Counted from the stretch's first letter, positions 22,495 through 33,343 are shown. The stretch: DNA of 64,000 nt from Gemmatimonadota bacterium (GCA_034439775.1 JAWXBA010000153.1:6269-70268); one strand, 5' to 3'. Program-made: numbers and translations. Notes: generated by a model not told the origin, from the sequence alone.

Positions 22495-23312
22495 GCTGCG
22501 CTGAGAAAGGAGAGGGAGCCATCCGGCACCAGCCCGTCCTGGGCCAGCCGCCGGAAGAAATCCGTCAGTCCGGCCAGGTGGCGGTAGGAAAGGGCGTAGT
22601 CCAGGTCGGCCAGATACGCCTGGCAGGTGGCCGGCAGAATCCCGGTCTGCTCCGCCGCTCCAGCCGCAAGAAGCTCAAGATGCGCCAGGCCCCAGTCGCG
22701 CGACCGCACCAGGGCCTGGTGCACCAACCGAACCGTCGCCTGGTTGGCATCCCGGCGCGCCGCCCAGACCGCAAACACGAACGGCAGCCCGGTCCATTCC
22801 TTCCAAGCAGCGCCCAGGTCCACCACATGGGGGTACCGCCCGCTGGCGGCCAGATGGAGAGCGGCGTCACCGATGACCAGAACCGCCTCGTGCGGGAACC
22901 CCTCCAGCGCCCGGAGGTCGGCGGCTTCGGCGCGCACGGTGGCAAACCGCGGGGATACCATCCAACGATGTCGGCAGAGCAACTCGAGCAGCAGAACCGA
23001 GGTCCGGCTCGAGGCGGTGAGCAGCACGGCGGCGGCGTCCAGCTTCTCCACCGGGCGGCAGCTGAACAGCATGACTGAATGCACCGGCCCGTCGCAACTG
23101 ATGGCCAGGTCGGGGAGCAGGTGGTACGCCGCGGCGTTCCGGGCGTACTCCACTGCGGACACCACGCTGACTTGGAGTTCCCCCGCGGCGAGCAGGTCGT
23201 TGAGCTCGGCGGCGGTCCCCGTGATCAGCTCCGCCGGAACGCTCTCGATCCCGCGGTCGATCGCGCCATACACCGGGAGGCAGTTGACGTATGGGATCCG
23301 GCCGAGCCTCAT
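22491..23312 (-). CDS. mqnA: Chorismate dehydratase (futalosine pathway)
   Basis: MRLGRIPYVNCLPVY N-terminus, periplasmic-binding-protein-like fold family (MqnA/MqnD). Located between the two mqn radical SAM genes. Confidence 0.75.
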   Translation of the reverse strand: MRLGRIPYVNCLPVYGAIDRGIESVPAELITGTAAELNDLLAAGELQVSVVSAVEYARNAAAYHLLPDLAISCDGPVHSVMLFSCRPVEKLDAAAVLLTASSRTSVLLLELLCRHRWMVSPRFATVRAEAADLRALEGFPHEAVLVIGDAALHLAASGRYPHVVDLGAAWKEWTGLPFVFAVWAARRDANQATVRLVHQALVRSRDWGLAHLELLAAGAAEQTGILPATCQAYLADLDYALSYRHLAGLTDFFRRLAQDGLVPDGSLSFLSAA

Positions 23313-24520
23313 GCCGCGTGCACCGCGGGTACGGCGGCCCCGACACCGGGGGCAGCAGGGTCGAGGTCGTCGAACTGGTCGCGGACCACCTGGTACAGGC
23401 TGTTGCGCTCCACCGGTTGCTTCCCTGCCCCGCGGATCAGTCCCACCAGCCCGAGGTAGGGCATGTGCATCGCCGTGGTCGCGCCGGCCTGGTGGTAGAT
23501 CCGCTCGTACACCACCGTGCCCTCGACATCGTCACAGCCAAAGTTCAACGCCACCTGCGACATGAACGGGGTGACCATCGGCCAGTGGGTCTTGACGTGC
23601 GGGATGTTGTCGAGGAAAAGCCTGCCCACGGCGATGTTCTTGAGGTCCTCGTAGCCCGTCGTGGCCGAGCCGACTCGGCCCAGCTCCTCGCCGAGCTCGT
23701 TGTTCTCCGGATGGTATGCCAGCGGGATGTAGGTCAGGAACCCCCCGGTGTCATCCTGGAGCGCGCGTAGTGCTTCAAGGTGCTCAATCCGGTCGGCGGC
23801 CGATTCCACATGACCGTAGAGCATGGTGCAGTTGGTGGGGATGCCGAGTTCGTGGGCCACTCGGTGGACCCCGAGCCATTCCTCGCCGGTCAGCTTGCGC
23901 TCCGCAATCGTGGCGCGCACGGCGGTGCTGAATACCTCCGCCCCGCCACCGGGGAGGCTGGTGAGCCCCGCCTCCAGCAAGGCCACCAGCACCTCGCGCA
24001 CCGAGCACTTCTCGATCCGGGCCAAGTTGGCAATCTCAACCGCGGTGAGCGCCTTGATGTGGACGTTCGGGTGGCGTTCCTTGAGTCCACGGATCATGTC
24101 GGTGTAGTAGCTCAACCGCAGCTTGGGGTGCAGCCCGCCCACAATGTGGAACTCACTGGTCGGCATCCCCCGGGCCTGCTCAGCCTCATGGAACACCTCC
24201 TCCAGGGAGCGGGTGTAGGCGCCCTCCTCCTTTGGCATCCGCGCGAATGAGCAGAAGGTGCAGGTGTTCCGCAGGATGCAGACGTTGGTGGGGTTGAGGT
24301 GCTGGTTGGCGGAGAAGAAGACGCGATGGCCATTGCGGCGCTGATTGGCAAATTCCGCCATCCGACCGATACCGAGCAGGTCGGCACTACCATACAGGGC
24401 CAGCGCGTCATCCCGATCAAGGCGGACCCCCTCCAGCACCTTGGCTGCCACGGGCCGGAGGGCGGGATCGCGAAGGGTGGCGGGCGTCAATTCGGACACG
24501 TGGACATCTCCATCAGGCAT
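23309..24520 (-). CDS. mqnE: Radical SAM aminodeoxyfutalosine synthase
   Basis: NQHLNPTNVCILRNTCTFCSFAR cluster motif and N-terminal LRDPALRPVAAKVLEG region typical of MqnE. The MqnE versus MqnC assignment rests on these motifs only. Confidence 0.7.
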   Translation of the reverse strand: MPDGDVHVSELTPATLRDPALRPVAAKVLEGVRLDRDDALALYGSADLLGIGRMAEFANQRRNGHRVFFSANQHLNPTNVCILRNTCTFCSFARMPKEEGAYTRSLEEVFHEAEQARGMPTSEFHIVGGLHPKLRLSYYTDMIRGLKERHPNVHIKALTAVEIANLARIEKCSVREVLVALLEAGLTSLPGGGAEVFSTAVRATIAERKLTGEEWLGVHRVAHELGIPTNCTMLYGHVESAADRIEHLEALRALQDDTGGFLTYIPLAYHPENNELGEELGRVGSATTGYEDLKNIAVGRLFLDNIPHVKTHWPMVTPFMSQVALNFGCDDVEGTVVYERIYHQAGATTAMHMPYLGLVGLIRGAGKQPVERNSLYQVVRDQFDDLDPAAPGVGAAVPAVHAA

Positions 24521-24543
24521 CGGGGCAGTCGCAACCCCCCAAT

Positions 24544-26976
24544 CTAGCCCGTTGGCCGTGCCAGGGGCCAGTCAGGCCCCGGCATCGGCTCCACCTCAAG
24601 GACCTCCCGGACCCGATTGGCCAACTCGTGTGGGGTGAACGGCTTGGGGAGAAAACTCTGGCCGATGTCCAACAGTCCCTTTCGGGTCGCATCATCATCG
24701 GTGTAGCCGGAGATGAACAGCACCGCACCGGTGGGATTGCCCTCCCGGAATCGAAGCGCCAGGTCGTGGCCGCCGAGGCCAGGCATCAGGAGGTCGGTCA
24801 CCAGCATGTCGAAAGGCGGGACGGCTGCCTGCATCAGGCGCAACGCCTCGGCGCCATCGGCGGCGGGGACAACCTGGTATCCCACGGCGGACAAGGAGCG
24901 CTCAGCCAGACGGCGAACCTGTGGCTCATCCTCCGCCAGCAGAATGCGTTCCGAGCCTCCCCTGCTGCCGGCCAGGCCCGGGGCCGGTGGCTCGTCGTCC
25001 AGGGCCGCGGTGGATCGTGGCAAACGGATTGTGAAGGTGCTCCCTTCCCCCACCCGGCTCGTCACCTCGATGCCTCCGCCCGACTGCTCGACGATGCCGT
25101 AGACCGTCGCGAGGCCCAGGCCGGTGCCCCGGCCGTGCGCCTTGGTGGTGAAGAACGGCTCGAAGATCATGGCTCGCACATCCTCGCTCATCCCCTCGCC
25201 CTGATCGGACACCGACAAGGTCACCACGTCCCCCTGCAGGAGGGTCCTGATCACGATCTGTCCACCGGCTGGCATGGCATCCCGGGCGTTCAACGTGAGG
25301 TTGACCAGCACCTGCTCGAACTGCCCAGGGTCCAGGCTGACGGCGACTGGGTCGGTGGTGAGGTCCAGGATCAGCTCCACCTGGCCGCCGAGGAGTCGCC
25401 GCAGCAGGCGCGTCACCTCATGGATCAACCGGTTCAGGTCGGAGACCCGCGGTTGGACGATCTGGCGCCGGGCAAAGGCCAGCAGCTGCTGGGTCAGGCG
25501 CGCCGCCCGGGTGGCGGCTTTGTGGATCTCGTCAGCATCCGCCCGGCGGGGGTCCTCGGGCGCGAGGCTGCCGCTCAACAGCTGGGCGTACCCGGAAATG
25601 GCGGTGATGACGTTGTTGAAATCGTGGGCAACCCCCCCGGCCAGCCGGCCCACGGCCTCCAGCTTCTGGGCATGGGCCAGTTGTTCCTCCAGTCGGCGCT
25701 GGTCGGTGACATCCTGGATGAGGGAGAGCACGCAGGGTTCGCCATCGACGTCGATCGCCCGGCCTGAGTACAGACCGTGGCGAATCTGGCCCCCGGGGGC
25801 GCGGAACTGAATCGGGAAGCTGCGCACCATGCCGTGGTCCCGGACGGCGTGGATGGCGTCGGTCCAGTCGCCCGAAGTAACCGTGTCCATGAGCGCCGAG
25901 ATGGTCCTCCCCACCACGCTGTCGCGGGAGGTTCCGAGCGCGGCCGCCACGCCGTCGTTGGCCTCGAGGACGATTCCGTCGGCAATCCGGGCCAGGAACG
26001 CCGCGTCGGGACTCATGGCAAAGAGCCGCTCGAACTTTTCCTCACCTCGGCGCCGCTGCCGCTCCTCATCCTCCCGGGAGCGGGCACCCAGCCGGCTGGC
26101 GGCCAGCCAGGCGGTGAGGGAGCTCAGCAGGACCAGGAGGCCGAGCATCAGGCGGGCGATGATCACCTCGGCCCGCACCGTTCCCGCCCAACCAGCTGCA
26201 GGAATCACCGCCAGCTCCCATTCCCCCTCAGCGAGGGGGACCGTGGTCAGCACGGGTTCGGCATCGAACACCGCCGCATCGCCCACAAAGATTCCAGCCT
26301 CGGCGGAGCGGATGCCCAGCCGCAGGGTGGTCATTCCCTCGACCCCCGCCTCGCTGAGGAGCGGCGGGAGATCCAGCACCACGGCCACCACGGCCAAAAG
26401 GCGCCCGTCCGGGTCGCGCGCGGCCATGCGGGCAATCAGGCCGACTCCACCCTGGAGCAGTTCGGTGGGACCGGAGATCACCACATGGGTGGCCCCCTCG
26501 GTCCGCTGGTAATCCTCCCGGATGAAACTCCGCGGGTCGGTCAGCAGACCGTAGCCGATCGATGCCTCGTTCCCCTCCACGGGAAAGCTTTGCTGGATGA
26601 CACCATCCTGGACCCACTGCACCGTTCGGATCCCTGAGATGCTGCCGTGCAGTCGGCTGGCATAGGCCAGGAAATCGGCCCGGAATTCCGGGCGGCCATA
26701 GTTGATCTCCACGAAGGCGCGCAGGCCGTTGACCAGGGCCATCCGGAGGTTGAGGGCGCCGGAGAGCGCATTGCCAAGCGCGGTGCCGGATGCGAGCACT
26801 TCGGTGCGCAGGTCCTCTTCCAGCTCGCCGCGATAGAGGCGCTCGAGCGGGACTGCCAGCAGGAGTCCCACGCACAGGGCCAGCAGCGCCGGTCGGGCGC
26901 CCCCGACGAAATAGGCCCAGCCTGCCGAGGAGGGAGGCTGGGCCGGTCGGGGCGGCGCCCTGCCAGGGGCGGGCAC
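24544..26976 (-). CDS. Hybrid sensor histidine kinase/response regulator
   Basis: TM, about 250-aa periplasmic sensor region and second TM (fold unresolved, CHASE/Cache-like). Then PAS, HisKA H-box (GGVAHDFNN), HATPase ([13 protein letters not shown]) and a C-terminal REC domain (ILLAEDE...[11 protein letters not shown]). Confidence 0.88.
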   Translation of the reverse strand: MPAPGRAPPRPAQPPSSAGWAYFVGGARPALLALCVGLLLAVPLERLYRGELEEDLRTEVLASGTALGNALSGALNLRMALVNGLRAFVEINYGRPEFRADFLAYASRLHGSISGIRTVQWVQDGVIQQSFPVEGNEASIGYGLLTDPRSFIREDYQRTEGATHVVISGPTELLQGGVGLIARMAARDPDGRLLAVVAVVLDLPPLLSEAGVEGMTTLRLGIRSAEAGIFVGDAAVFDAEPVLTTVPLAEGEWELAVIPAAGWAGTVRAEVIIARLMLGLLVLLSSLTAWLAASRLGARSREDEERQRRRGEEKFERLFAMSPDAAFLARIADGIVLEANDGVAAALGTSRDSVVGRTISALMDTVTSGDWTDAIHAVRDHGMVRSFPIQFRAPGGQIRHGLYSGRAIDVDGEPCVLSLIQDVTDQRRLEEQLAHAQKLEAVGRLAGGVAHDFNNVITAISGYAQLLSGSLAPEDPRRADADEIHKAATRAARLTQQLLAFARRQIVQPRVSDLNRLIHEVTRLLRRLLGGQVELILDLTTDPVAVSLDPGQFEQVLVNLTLNARDAMPAGGQIVIRTLLQGDVVTLSVSDQGEGMSEDVRAMIFEPFFTTKAHGRGTGLGLATVYGIVEQSGGGIEVTSRVGEGSTFTIRLPRSTAALDDEPPAPGLAGSRGGSERILLAEDEPQVRRLAERSLSAVGYQVVPAADGAEALRLMQAAVPPFDMLVTDLLMPGLGGHDLALRFREGNPTGAVLFISGYTDDDATRKGLLDIGQSFLPKPFTPHELANRVREVLEVEPMPGPDWPLARPTG

Positions 26977-26986
26977 GCTCAGCCGC

Positions 26987-28249
26987 TCATGAGGTGAATC
27001 GGGTCACCGCAAGCGTGGCGTTGTGGCCACCAAACCCGAATGCGTTGGAGAGTGCCACATCGATCGAGCGCTGGATCGCGATATTCGGCGCGCAGTCCAG
27101 GTCGCAATCCGGATCGGGGGTGACCTGGTTGATGGTGGGGGGGATCTGCCCCGTGGAGGCCACCTGCAGCGCCACGATGAACTCGAGTGCCCCGGCCGCC
27201 CCGAGCAGGTGGCCGGTCATCGATTTGGTGGAGCCGAAGACGAGCTGGCGAGCCTGCCCACCGAACACCGCCTTCACTGCCTGTGTCTCGGCAATATCGC
27301 CAAGGGGGGTGGAGGTGCCATGGGCGTTGATGTAGCCGACCCGCGCCGGGTCGATGTTGCCGTCTTCCAGGCAGAGCCGCATGGCGCGCTGGGCGCCTTC
27401 GCCATCGGGGGCGGGCGCACTCATGTGGTAGGCGTCGCCGGAGAGACCATATCCGAGCACCTCGCCAAGAATGGTGGCGCCACGCCTCTCGGCGTGCTCC
27501 AGGCTCTCGAGGGTCACCGCCGCTGCGCCATCGCCGAGCACGAAACCGTCCCGCTCCTTGTCGAAGGGGCGGCTGGCGGCGCCCGGGTCGTCGTTGCGGG
27601 TGGACATCGCCTTCATGTTGGCAAAGGCGGCCACCGTCAAGCCGGTGATCGCCGCCTCAGCGCCCCCGGTGACCATGGCGTCGGCATCGCCGTCCCGGAT
27701 CATTCGGTAGCTCTCACCGATGGCGTGGGCCGAGGAGGCGCAGGCGGATACCGGGGCGAAATTGGGACCCCGGAAGCCGTAGCGGATCGACACCAGGCCG
27801 GCGGCCATGTTGGGGATGAACATCGGCACGAAAAACGGCGAGACCCGGTCGGGGCCCTTCTCGAGGAAGGCGCGGCAGTTGTCCTCGAAGGTCTGCATGC
27901 CACCGATCCCGCTGCCGATCACGACGCCCACCCGGTTGCGGTCGGGCACGTCCACATCCAGTCGGGCCTGGACCACCGCCTGGTGCGCGGCGGCAATGGC
28001 GTACTGGGCAAAGAGGTCGTACCGCCGAGCCTCCTTCCGGTCGATGTAGCTGGCCGGATCAAAGCCCTTGACCTCGCAGGCAATCCGAACCTGTTGCCGG
28101 GTGGTGTCGAACTTGGTGATCGGGCCGGCCCCGGAGATGCCGGCCCGGAGCGCATCCCAGGACTCGGGCGCGGTCAAGCCGACGGGCGTCACCATGCCGA
28201 CGCCCGTCACCACCACTCGGCGTCCCAGACTACTTCCCGATCTTGTCAT
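26987..28249 (-). CDS. fabF: Beta-ketoacyl-ACP synthase II
   Basis: [16 protein letters not shown]-terminus, active-site [14 protein letters not shown], and GFGGHN at the C-terminus. ATG 28249 overlaps the acpP 3' end by 20 nt. Confidence 0.92.
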   Translation of the reverse strand: MTRSGSSLGRRVVVTGVGMVTPVGLTAPESWDALRAGISGAGPITKFDTTRQQVRIACEVKGFDPASYIDRKEARRYDLFAQYAIAAAHQAVVQARLDVDVPDRNRVGVVIGSGIGGMQTFEDNCRAFLEKGPDRVSPFFVPMFIPNMAAGLVSIRYGFRGPNFAPVSACASSAHAIGESYRMIRDGDADAMVTGGAEAAITGLTVAAFANMKAMSTRNDDPGAASRPFDKERDGFVLGDGAAAVTLESLEHAERRGATILGEVLGYGLSGDAYHMSAPAPDGEGAQRAMRLCLEDGNIDPARVGYINAHGTSTPLGDIAETQAVKAVFGGQARQLVFGSTKSMTGHLLGAAGALEFIVALQVASTGQIPPTINQVTPDPDCDLDCAPNIAIQRSIDVALSNAFGFGGHNATLAVTRFTS

Positions 28250-28469
28250 GCAGGTACTTGAGCGCATCACCGACCGTCCGAAGTTTTTCGGCTTCTTCGT
28301 CGGGGATGTCGATGTCGAACTCCTTCTCGAACGCCATCACCAGTTCGACGGTGTCGAGGCTGTCCGCACCGAGGTCCTCCATGAAACTCGCGGTCTCGGT
28401 CAGCTTCTCGCGCTCGACGCCGAGCTCTTCCACGATGATGTCCTTGACCTTTTCCTCGATATCGCTCAT
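28230..28469 (-). CDS. acpP: Acyl carrier protein
   Basis: 79 aa with [16 protein letters not shown] phosphopantetheine-attachment motif. Confidence 0.95.
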   Translation of the reverse strand: MSDIEEKVKDIIVEELGVEREKLTETASFMEDLGADSLDTVELVMAFEKEFDIDIPDEEAEKLRTVGDALKYLHDKIGK

Positions 28470-28499
28470 ACAGTCCTCAGGGAAATGGGAGGGCGGCCG

Positions 28500-29240
28500 T
28501 CAGGATGTCATGCCGCCATCGACGACCAGCACCTGCCCGGTGACGTACCGCGCCCAGTCGGACGCGAGATAAAGCACGGCGTGGGCAACATCGTCGGGCT
28601 GCCCGAACCGGCCCAGCGGAATCTGCCCAAATAATGCGGCGCTCGCCTCCGACGGCAAGGCGCTGGTCATGTCGGTCTCGATGAACCCGGGGGCGACACA
28701 GTTGGCCAGGATCCCGCGGCTGGCGTACTCCTTGGCCACCGACTTGGTGAAGCCGATGAGGCCGGCCTTGCTGGCCGCGTAGTTGGCCTGCCCCTTGTTG
28801 CCGGTCAACCCCACCACGCTGGTGATGTTGATGATCCGCCCGCCACGCCGCTTCATCATCCCCTTGAGGACCAGCCGTGTGGTCAGGAACGCCGCGGAAA
28901 GGTTGGCCTGCAGGACGGTGTTCCAGTCCTCTTCGGACATCCGCAGGAGCAGGTTGTCGCGGGTGATCCCGGCGTTGTTGACGAGGATGCTCACCGGCCC
29001 ATGGGCGGTCTCGGCTGCCGCCAGCGCCGACTCGACCTGGCCGGAGTCGGCCACGTCGCAGCCGACCCCGATGGCCCGCTCGCCGAAGCCAGCCGCCACG
29101 TCGGCCGCCGTGGCGGCACTTCGCCCGACAATGGCGACGCTCGCCCCGGCCGCGTGGAGGATCCGCGCGATCGAGAGCCCGATCCCCCGGGTGCTCCCGG
29201 TGACGAAAGCCGACTGGCCCGTCAGGTCCACCCCGATCAT
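28500..29240 (-). CDS. fabG: 3-oxoacyl-ACP reductase
   Basis: SDR motifs TGSTRGIG, NNAG and YAASKAG, in fab operon context. Confidence 0.9.
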   Translation of the reverse strand: MIGVDLTGQSAFVTGSTRGIGLSIARILHAAGASVAIVGRSAATAADVAAGFGERAIGVGCDVADSGQVESALAAAETAHGPVSILVNNAGITRDNLLLRMSEEDWNTVLQANLSAAFLTTRLVLKGMMKRRGGRIINITSVVGLTGNKGQANYAASKAGLIGFTKSVAKEYASRGILANCVAPGFIETDMTSALPSEASAALFGQIPLGRFGQPDDVAHAVLYLASDWARYVTGQVLVVDGGMTS

Positions 29241-30160
29241 CGGAGGAAGGCCTCCACCTCGACCGCGGTGCCCAGGGTCGCCGACCTCGGGCCGGGCAGG
29301 ATCCGCTTGAGGAGGCCGCTCAGGACGCTGCCGGGACCGATCTCGATCCAGGTGGCATCGGGGGCCATATTGTCCGCCACAAGCATCGATTCCACCCAGC
29401 GCACCGGCGCCGTCAGTTGCTCGGCCAGGAGCCGGATCGCGTCGCCGGGCCGGGTGACTGGGGCCGCGCTGGCGTTGGCGATGACCGGAAACACCGGCGG
29501 CAGCATGGTGGCTTCTGCCAGCGCCTCGCGCAGGCCGGCTTCGGCAGGCGCCATCAGCGGGGAATGGAAGGCACCGCTGACCTTGAGGGGCAACACCCGC
29601 TTGGCCCCGGCGGCCTTGCAGAACACACCCGCCCGCTCCACCGCGACCGCATCGCCCGAGATCACGGTCTGGTCGGGGGCGTTGATGTTGGCGGCCACCA
29701 CCTGGCCGCCACTGGCCGAAGCGGCGGTGCAGGCGGCGGCCACCTCGGCGGTGCCCAGACCGAGTACCGCGGCCATTGCTCCGGGCCGCGCCGAGCCGGC
29801 CTCATGCATCAACTCCCCGCGCCGTCGCACCAACTGCGCCGCCTGGGTGGCGGAGAGCGATCCGGCGGCCACCCAGGCGCTGTATTCCCCGAGGCTGTGC
29901 CCGGCCGCCGCCGCTACCTCCGACAACCGCGAACCCACCACCGCGAGCACCGCGGCCGAATGCGCCAGGATGGCGGGCTGGGTGTTGTGAGTCTGGTTGA
30001 GTTGCTCCTCGGGCCCTTCCCACATCAGGCGGGAGAGCGGGACACCCAACGCCTCGTCGATGGCCAGGAAGGCGTCGCGAGCCTCCGGAAACCGCTCCGC
30101 GAGGTCCTTCCCCATGCCGACGCGCTGGGCCCCCTGTCCCGGAAACAGCAGCACCTTCAC
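29237..30160 (-). CDS. fabD: Malonyl CoA-ACP transacylase
   Basis: LLFPGQGAQ and GHSLGEYSA motifs. GTG 30160 overlaps the fabH stop (GTGA). Confidence 0.9.
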   Translation of the reverse strand: MKVLLFPGQGAQRVGMGKDLAERFPEARDAFLAIDEALGVPLSRLMWEGPEEQLNQTHNTQPAILAHSAAVLAVVGSRLSEVAAAAGHSLGEYSAWVAAGSLSATQAAQLVRRRGELMHEAGSARPGAMAAVLGLGTAEVAAACTAASASGGQVVAANINAPDQTVISGDAVAVERAGVFCKAAGAKRVLPLKVSGAFHSPLMAPAEAGLREALAEATMLPPVFPVIANASAAPVTRPGDAIRLLAEQLTAPVRWVESMLVADNMAPDATWIEIGPGSVLSGLLKRILPGPRSATLGTAVEVEAFLR

Positions 30161-31149
30161 CACCGCACCACCGTGGCACCCCAAGTGAACCCCGCGCCAA
30201 ACGTCACCAGCATGATGAGCATCCCGGGCTTCAGCCGCCCCTCGTCCAGCGCCTGGGCCAGGGCCAGGGGAATCGACGCCGCCGAGGTGTTGCCGTAACG
30301 ATCGACATTGACCATGACCTTGGACATCGGCACCCCGGCGTGCTTGGCGGTGGCCTCGATGATCCGGATGTTGGCCTGGTGTGGCACCAGCAGGTCGAGA
30401 TCTTCGGCCGTGACGCCCGCCTTGGCGAGGGCCTGGTCGCAGGCGCGGGCCATGGCCAGCACCGCCGACTTGAACACCTCGCGCCCCGCCATCCGGATGA
30501 AGTGGCTGCGCTCATCGACCACTTTCTGGCTGACCGGGTCGTTGGCGCCCCCGCCGGGGATGTAGAGCAAGTCGGCCAGGGTCCCGTCCGAACCGAGCAC
30601 GCTGGAGAGGATCCCGCGCCCGTCGCCTGCGGCGGCCTGGACGACGGCGGCTCCGGCCCCGTCGCCGAACAGGATCGCGGTGGAGCGATCGGTGGTATCG
30701 GTGATCGTGGAGAGTTTTTCGGCACCCAGTGCCAGCACCGTCCTGGCCTGGCCGCTGGTTACCAGCGACTCCGCAATGGTCAGGGCGTAGACAAATCCAG
30801 GACACGCCGCCACGATGTCGAAGGCCAGCGCGTTGGCCGCACCGAGCCGGGCCTGCAGGTCACAGGCGGTGGAGGGCAGCCGACGATCGGGGCTGACCGT
30901 CCCGAGGATGATGGCATCGACCGAGCCCGGCTCGACCCCGGCCATCCGGAGGGCGTTGCGGGAGGCGGTTTCACAGAGCGACGCCAGGGAGGTCTCGGGA
31001 CCGGCGATCCGGCGTTCACGGATGCCAGTTCGTTCGACGATCCACTCGTCGGTGGTGTCGAGGGTCTGCTCGAATTCGGCGTTGGTCACCACCCGATCGG
31101 GTACCGCAATACCCAGCCCACTGATCCGGGCGGTCGGGGATCGGTTCAT
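30157..31149 (-). CDS. fabH: Beta-ketoacyl-ACP synthase III
   Basis: ISGLGIAVPDRVVTNAEFE N-terminus, active-site AACPGF, and NTSAASIPLAL. ATG 31149 overlaps the plsX stop. Confidence 0.9.
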   Translation of the reverse strand: MNRSPTARISGLGIAVPDRVVTNAEFEQTLDTTDEWIVERTGIRERRIAGPETSLASLCETASRNALRMAGVEPGSVDAIILGTVSPDRRLPSTACDLQARLGAANALAFDIVAACPGFVYALTIAESLVTSGQARTVLALGAEKLSTITDTTDRSTAILFGDGAGAAVVQAAAGDGRGILSSVLGSDGTLADLLYIPGGGANDPVSQKVVDERSHFIRMAGREVFKSAVLAMARACDQALAKAGVTAEDLDLLVPHQANIRIIEATAKHAGVPMSKVMVNVDRYGNTSAASIPLALAQALDEGRLKPGMLIMLVTFGAGFTWGATVVRW

Positions 31150-32162
31150 GCCGAATCCGAGGACGGGTGGGCGGCAAACTCCGCGGCAATGTGCTGGCTC
31201 AACTGGCACTCTACCGACTGGACGGCCACACGGATGGCGTTCTTGATGGCATTGGTGTTGGAGGCGCCGTGGCAGATGATGCTGACGCCCTTGACGCCGA
31301 GCAGCGGCGAGCCGCCGTACTGGGAGTAATCCAGCATCCGGAACGCCGCCCGGACTTCCGGACGTGCCCACATGTCGGGCGCGCCGTCCTCGGCGAGGTG
31401 CATCACCAGGTGCAGCACCGACTCGTAGAACTTGAGGACCACGTTGCCGACAAACCCATCGCAGACAATGACGTCGACTCGCCCGAACCGGCTGTGCCCG
31501 GCCAGGATGTCCCGACCCTCGACGTTGCCGACATAGTTGAGCTCGTGGGCATTGGCCTTGAGGCGCTCGTGGGCCGCCCGAACCGTGGCCCCACCCTTCT
31601 CATCCTCTTCGCCGACGTTGAGGAGGCCCACGGTCGGATTGTCACGGCGGAGGACATCGCGCATATAGACGGTCCCGAGTACGGCAAACCCCTCCAGTTC
31701 CCTGGGAGAGCAGTCGACATTTGCACCAGCATCAAGGAGCAGGACGGGGCCCGCAGAGGTGGGAAGCAGGGCGCCAACGGTGGCGCGATCGACGCCCTCG
31801 TGGAGCCCGAGGAGGACGGTCGAACCGGCCAGCATGGCACCGGTGTTGCCAGCGGAGACGAACGCGTCGGAGGCGCCCTTGGCCAGCCGGCCGAGGCCCA
31901 CGACGATGCTGCTGTTGCGCTTCTGCCGGATGGCCTGGAGCGGCTTCTCGCTGGGCCCGATTACCTCGGCAGCGGGTACCACTTCCAGACGGCTCCGGTC
32001 GGCGTCCGGGTGCCGGGCCAGCTCCGACTCGATGGCGTCCGGGATCCCCACCAGCTGGACCACGAAACCGGGTGGCAGCTCGCGGAGGGCATCAAGTGCC
32101 CCCTGGATCTCGGGGGAGGGGGCATGATCGCCCCCCATCGCGTCGAGGCCGACGCGGATCAC
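31146..32162 (-). CDS. plsX: Phosphate acyltransferase
   Basis: GLDAMGGDHAP N-terminus and the rpmF-plsX-fabH order. Confidence 0.9.
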   Translation of the reverse strand: MIRVGLDAMGGDHAPSPEIQGALDALRELPPGFVVQLVGIPDAIESELARHPDADRSRLEVVPAAEVIGPSEKPLQAIRQKRNSSIVVGLGRLAKGASDAFVSAGNTGAMLAGSTVLLGLHEGVDRATVGALLPTSAGPVLLLDAGANVDCSPRELEGFAVLGTVYMRDVLRRDNPTVGLLNVGEEDEKGGATVRAAHERLKANAHELNYVGNVEGRDILAGHSRFGRVDVIVCDGFVGNVVLKFYESVLHLVMHLAEDGAPDMWARPEVRAAFRMLDYSQYGGSPLLGVKGVSIICHGASNTNAIKNAIRVAVQSVECQLSQHIAAEFAAHPSSDSA

Positions 32163-32164
32163 CT

Positions 32165-32347
32165 TCAGCTGTCCTCAACCTCGAGGCGCTTCTTCCCGCC
32201 ATAATATCCGCACGAGTCACAGACCCGGTGCGGAAGGCGGGGGGAGCTGCAGCGCGGGCAAGCCTGCGGGGCCATGCCGGCGCCGGAGTGGTGGCCGCGG
32301 CGAAGCCGCTTGCGGGATTTGGAGGTGCGTCGCTTGGGGACTGCCAT
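32165..32347 (-). CDS. rpmF: 50S ribosomal protein L32
   Basis: MAVPKRRTSKSRKRLRR N-terminus and CxxC...CxxC zinc ribbon. Start at ATG 32347 inside ORF 32165..32398. Confidence 0.93.
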   Translation of the reverse strand: MAVPKRRTSKSRKRLRRGHHSGAGMAPQACPRCSSPRLPHRVCDSCGYYGGKKRLEVEDS

Positions 32348-32354
32348 GGGTTCC

Positions 32355-32828
32355 TCAGCTCGGTTCTGGGGATGCGGCACAGCCGCACGGCCCCGCATTC
32401 AAGTCCGCACCGCAGCGGGGGCAAAGCCCGGCGCAATCCTCGCGGCACAGCGCAAAAGCCGGAGCGGCAAGGAGCAATTCCTCGCGCACGGCCGGGGTGA
32501 CCTCGACCACGGTCACCGGATCCGTCAACAGGTACGCGCCGGGATCATCGGCGAGATCGGGGTCGGGAGTAAACACCGCCGCCACCGAACTATCAAGGTC
32601 CGACACCACCTCAGCCAGACAGCGCCGGCACAGCCCGCGGACCTGGGTCTGGATCCGGCCACTCCAGTGGAAGGTCATCCGTTCCGGGGCCCCGTGCAGG
32701 GTCCCGGAGACCAAGACGGCACCCGCCAGCTCGATTCCCAGCCCCTGCAGGGCCGGGGCTTCGACTGGCAACACACCATCCGTTGCCACGGGCCCCCGGC
32801 GGAGTTCCCGGATATCCACTTGCAGCAT
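32355..32828 (-). CDS. yceD: YceD/DUF177 family protein (23S rRNA accumulation protein)
   Basis: Conserved position upstream of rpmF. C-terminal CREDCAGLCPRCGADLN Cys cluster typical of DUF177. Confidence 0.8.
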   Translation of the reverse strand: MLQVDIRELRRGPVATDGVLPVEAPALQGLGIELAGAVLVSGTLHGAPERMTFHWSGRIQTQVRGLCRRCLAEVVSDLDSSVAAVFTPDPDLADDPGAYLLTDPVTVVEVTPAVREELLLAAPAFALCREDCAGLCPRCGADLNAGPCGCAASPEPS

Positions 32829-32836
32829 AGCCCTTA

Positions 32837-32865
32837 AACCTACCAGTACGAGTAACTTACGTCAA
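32837..32865 (-). promoter_or_regulatory. Sigma-70-type promoter candidate for yceD-rpmF-plsX-fab
   Basis: Minus strand reads TTGACG (32865-32860), a 17-nt spacer, TAGGTT (32842-32837), then only 8 nt before ATG 32828. Confidence 0.35.
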
Positions 32866-32870
32866 GCGAC

Positions 32871-33302
32871 TCAAGCCAGCAGTTGGGCCCGCTCCGCCTC
32901 GGGAAAGAAGAAGCCGATTTCCCGGGCTGCATTGTCATCGCTGTCGGATCCATGCACCGCGTTGCGGCCCTTGGACTCAGCGAAGAGCTTGCGGATCGTC
33001 CCATCCGCCGCCTCGGCCGGATCGGTGCTCCCAATCAGGGTCCGGAACGCCGCCACGGCATTGGCCTGCTCCAGCGCCATCGGCAGGCAGGGGCCGCTGA
33101 TCATGAATTCCACCAGTTCCCCGTAGAAGGGGCGCTCCCGGTGCACCGCGTAAAACGCTTCCGCCTGGGCGCCGGTGAGCCGCACCAGCCGGGTGGCCCG
33201 GACCACGAATCCAGCCGCTTCGATATGGGCCACGATCTTGCCCAGGTTGCCACCTGCCACCCCATCCGGCTTGACGATCCCGAGGGTCTGATTGCCTGCC
33301 AT
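32871..33302 (-). CDS. ndk: Nucleoside diphosphate kinase
   Basis: [10 protein letters not shown] and NAVHGSDS (active-site His) motifs. GGGAG Shine-Dalgarno 8 nt upstream of the ATG. Confidence 0.93.
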   Translation of the reverse strand: MAGNQTLGIVKPDGVAGGNLGKIVAHIEAAGFVVRATRLVRLTGAQAEAFYAVHRERPFYGELVEFMISGPCLPMALEQANAVAAFRTLIGSTDPAEAADGTIRKLFAESKGRNAVHGSDSDDNAAREIGFFFPEAERAQLLA

Positions 33303-33343
33303 GCGTCGTGCTCCCTGACTGGGTAAGAAGTTCTCGATTCGGG

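Noticed and set aside
21424-24520. The mqnE-mqnA-mqnC cluster as a novel radical-SAM natural-product cluster
   Set aside because: Two radical SAM enzymes flanking a periplasmic-binding-fold protein match the known futalosine menaquinone pathway (MqnE, MqnA, MqnC). The missing steps (mqnB/mqnD) are presumably encoded elsewhere.
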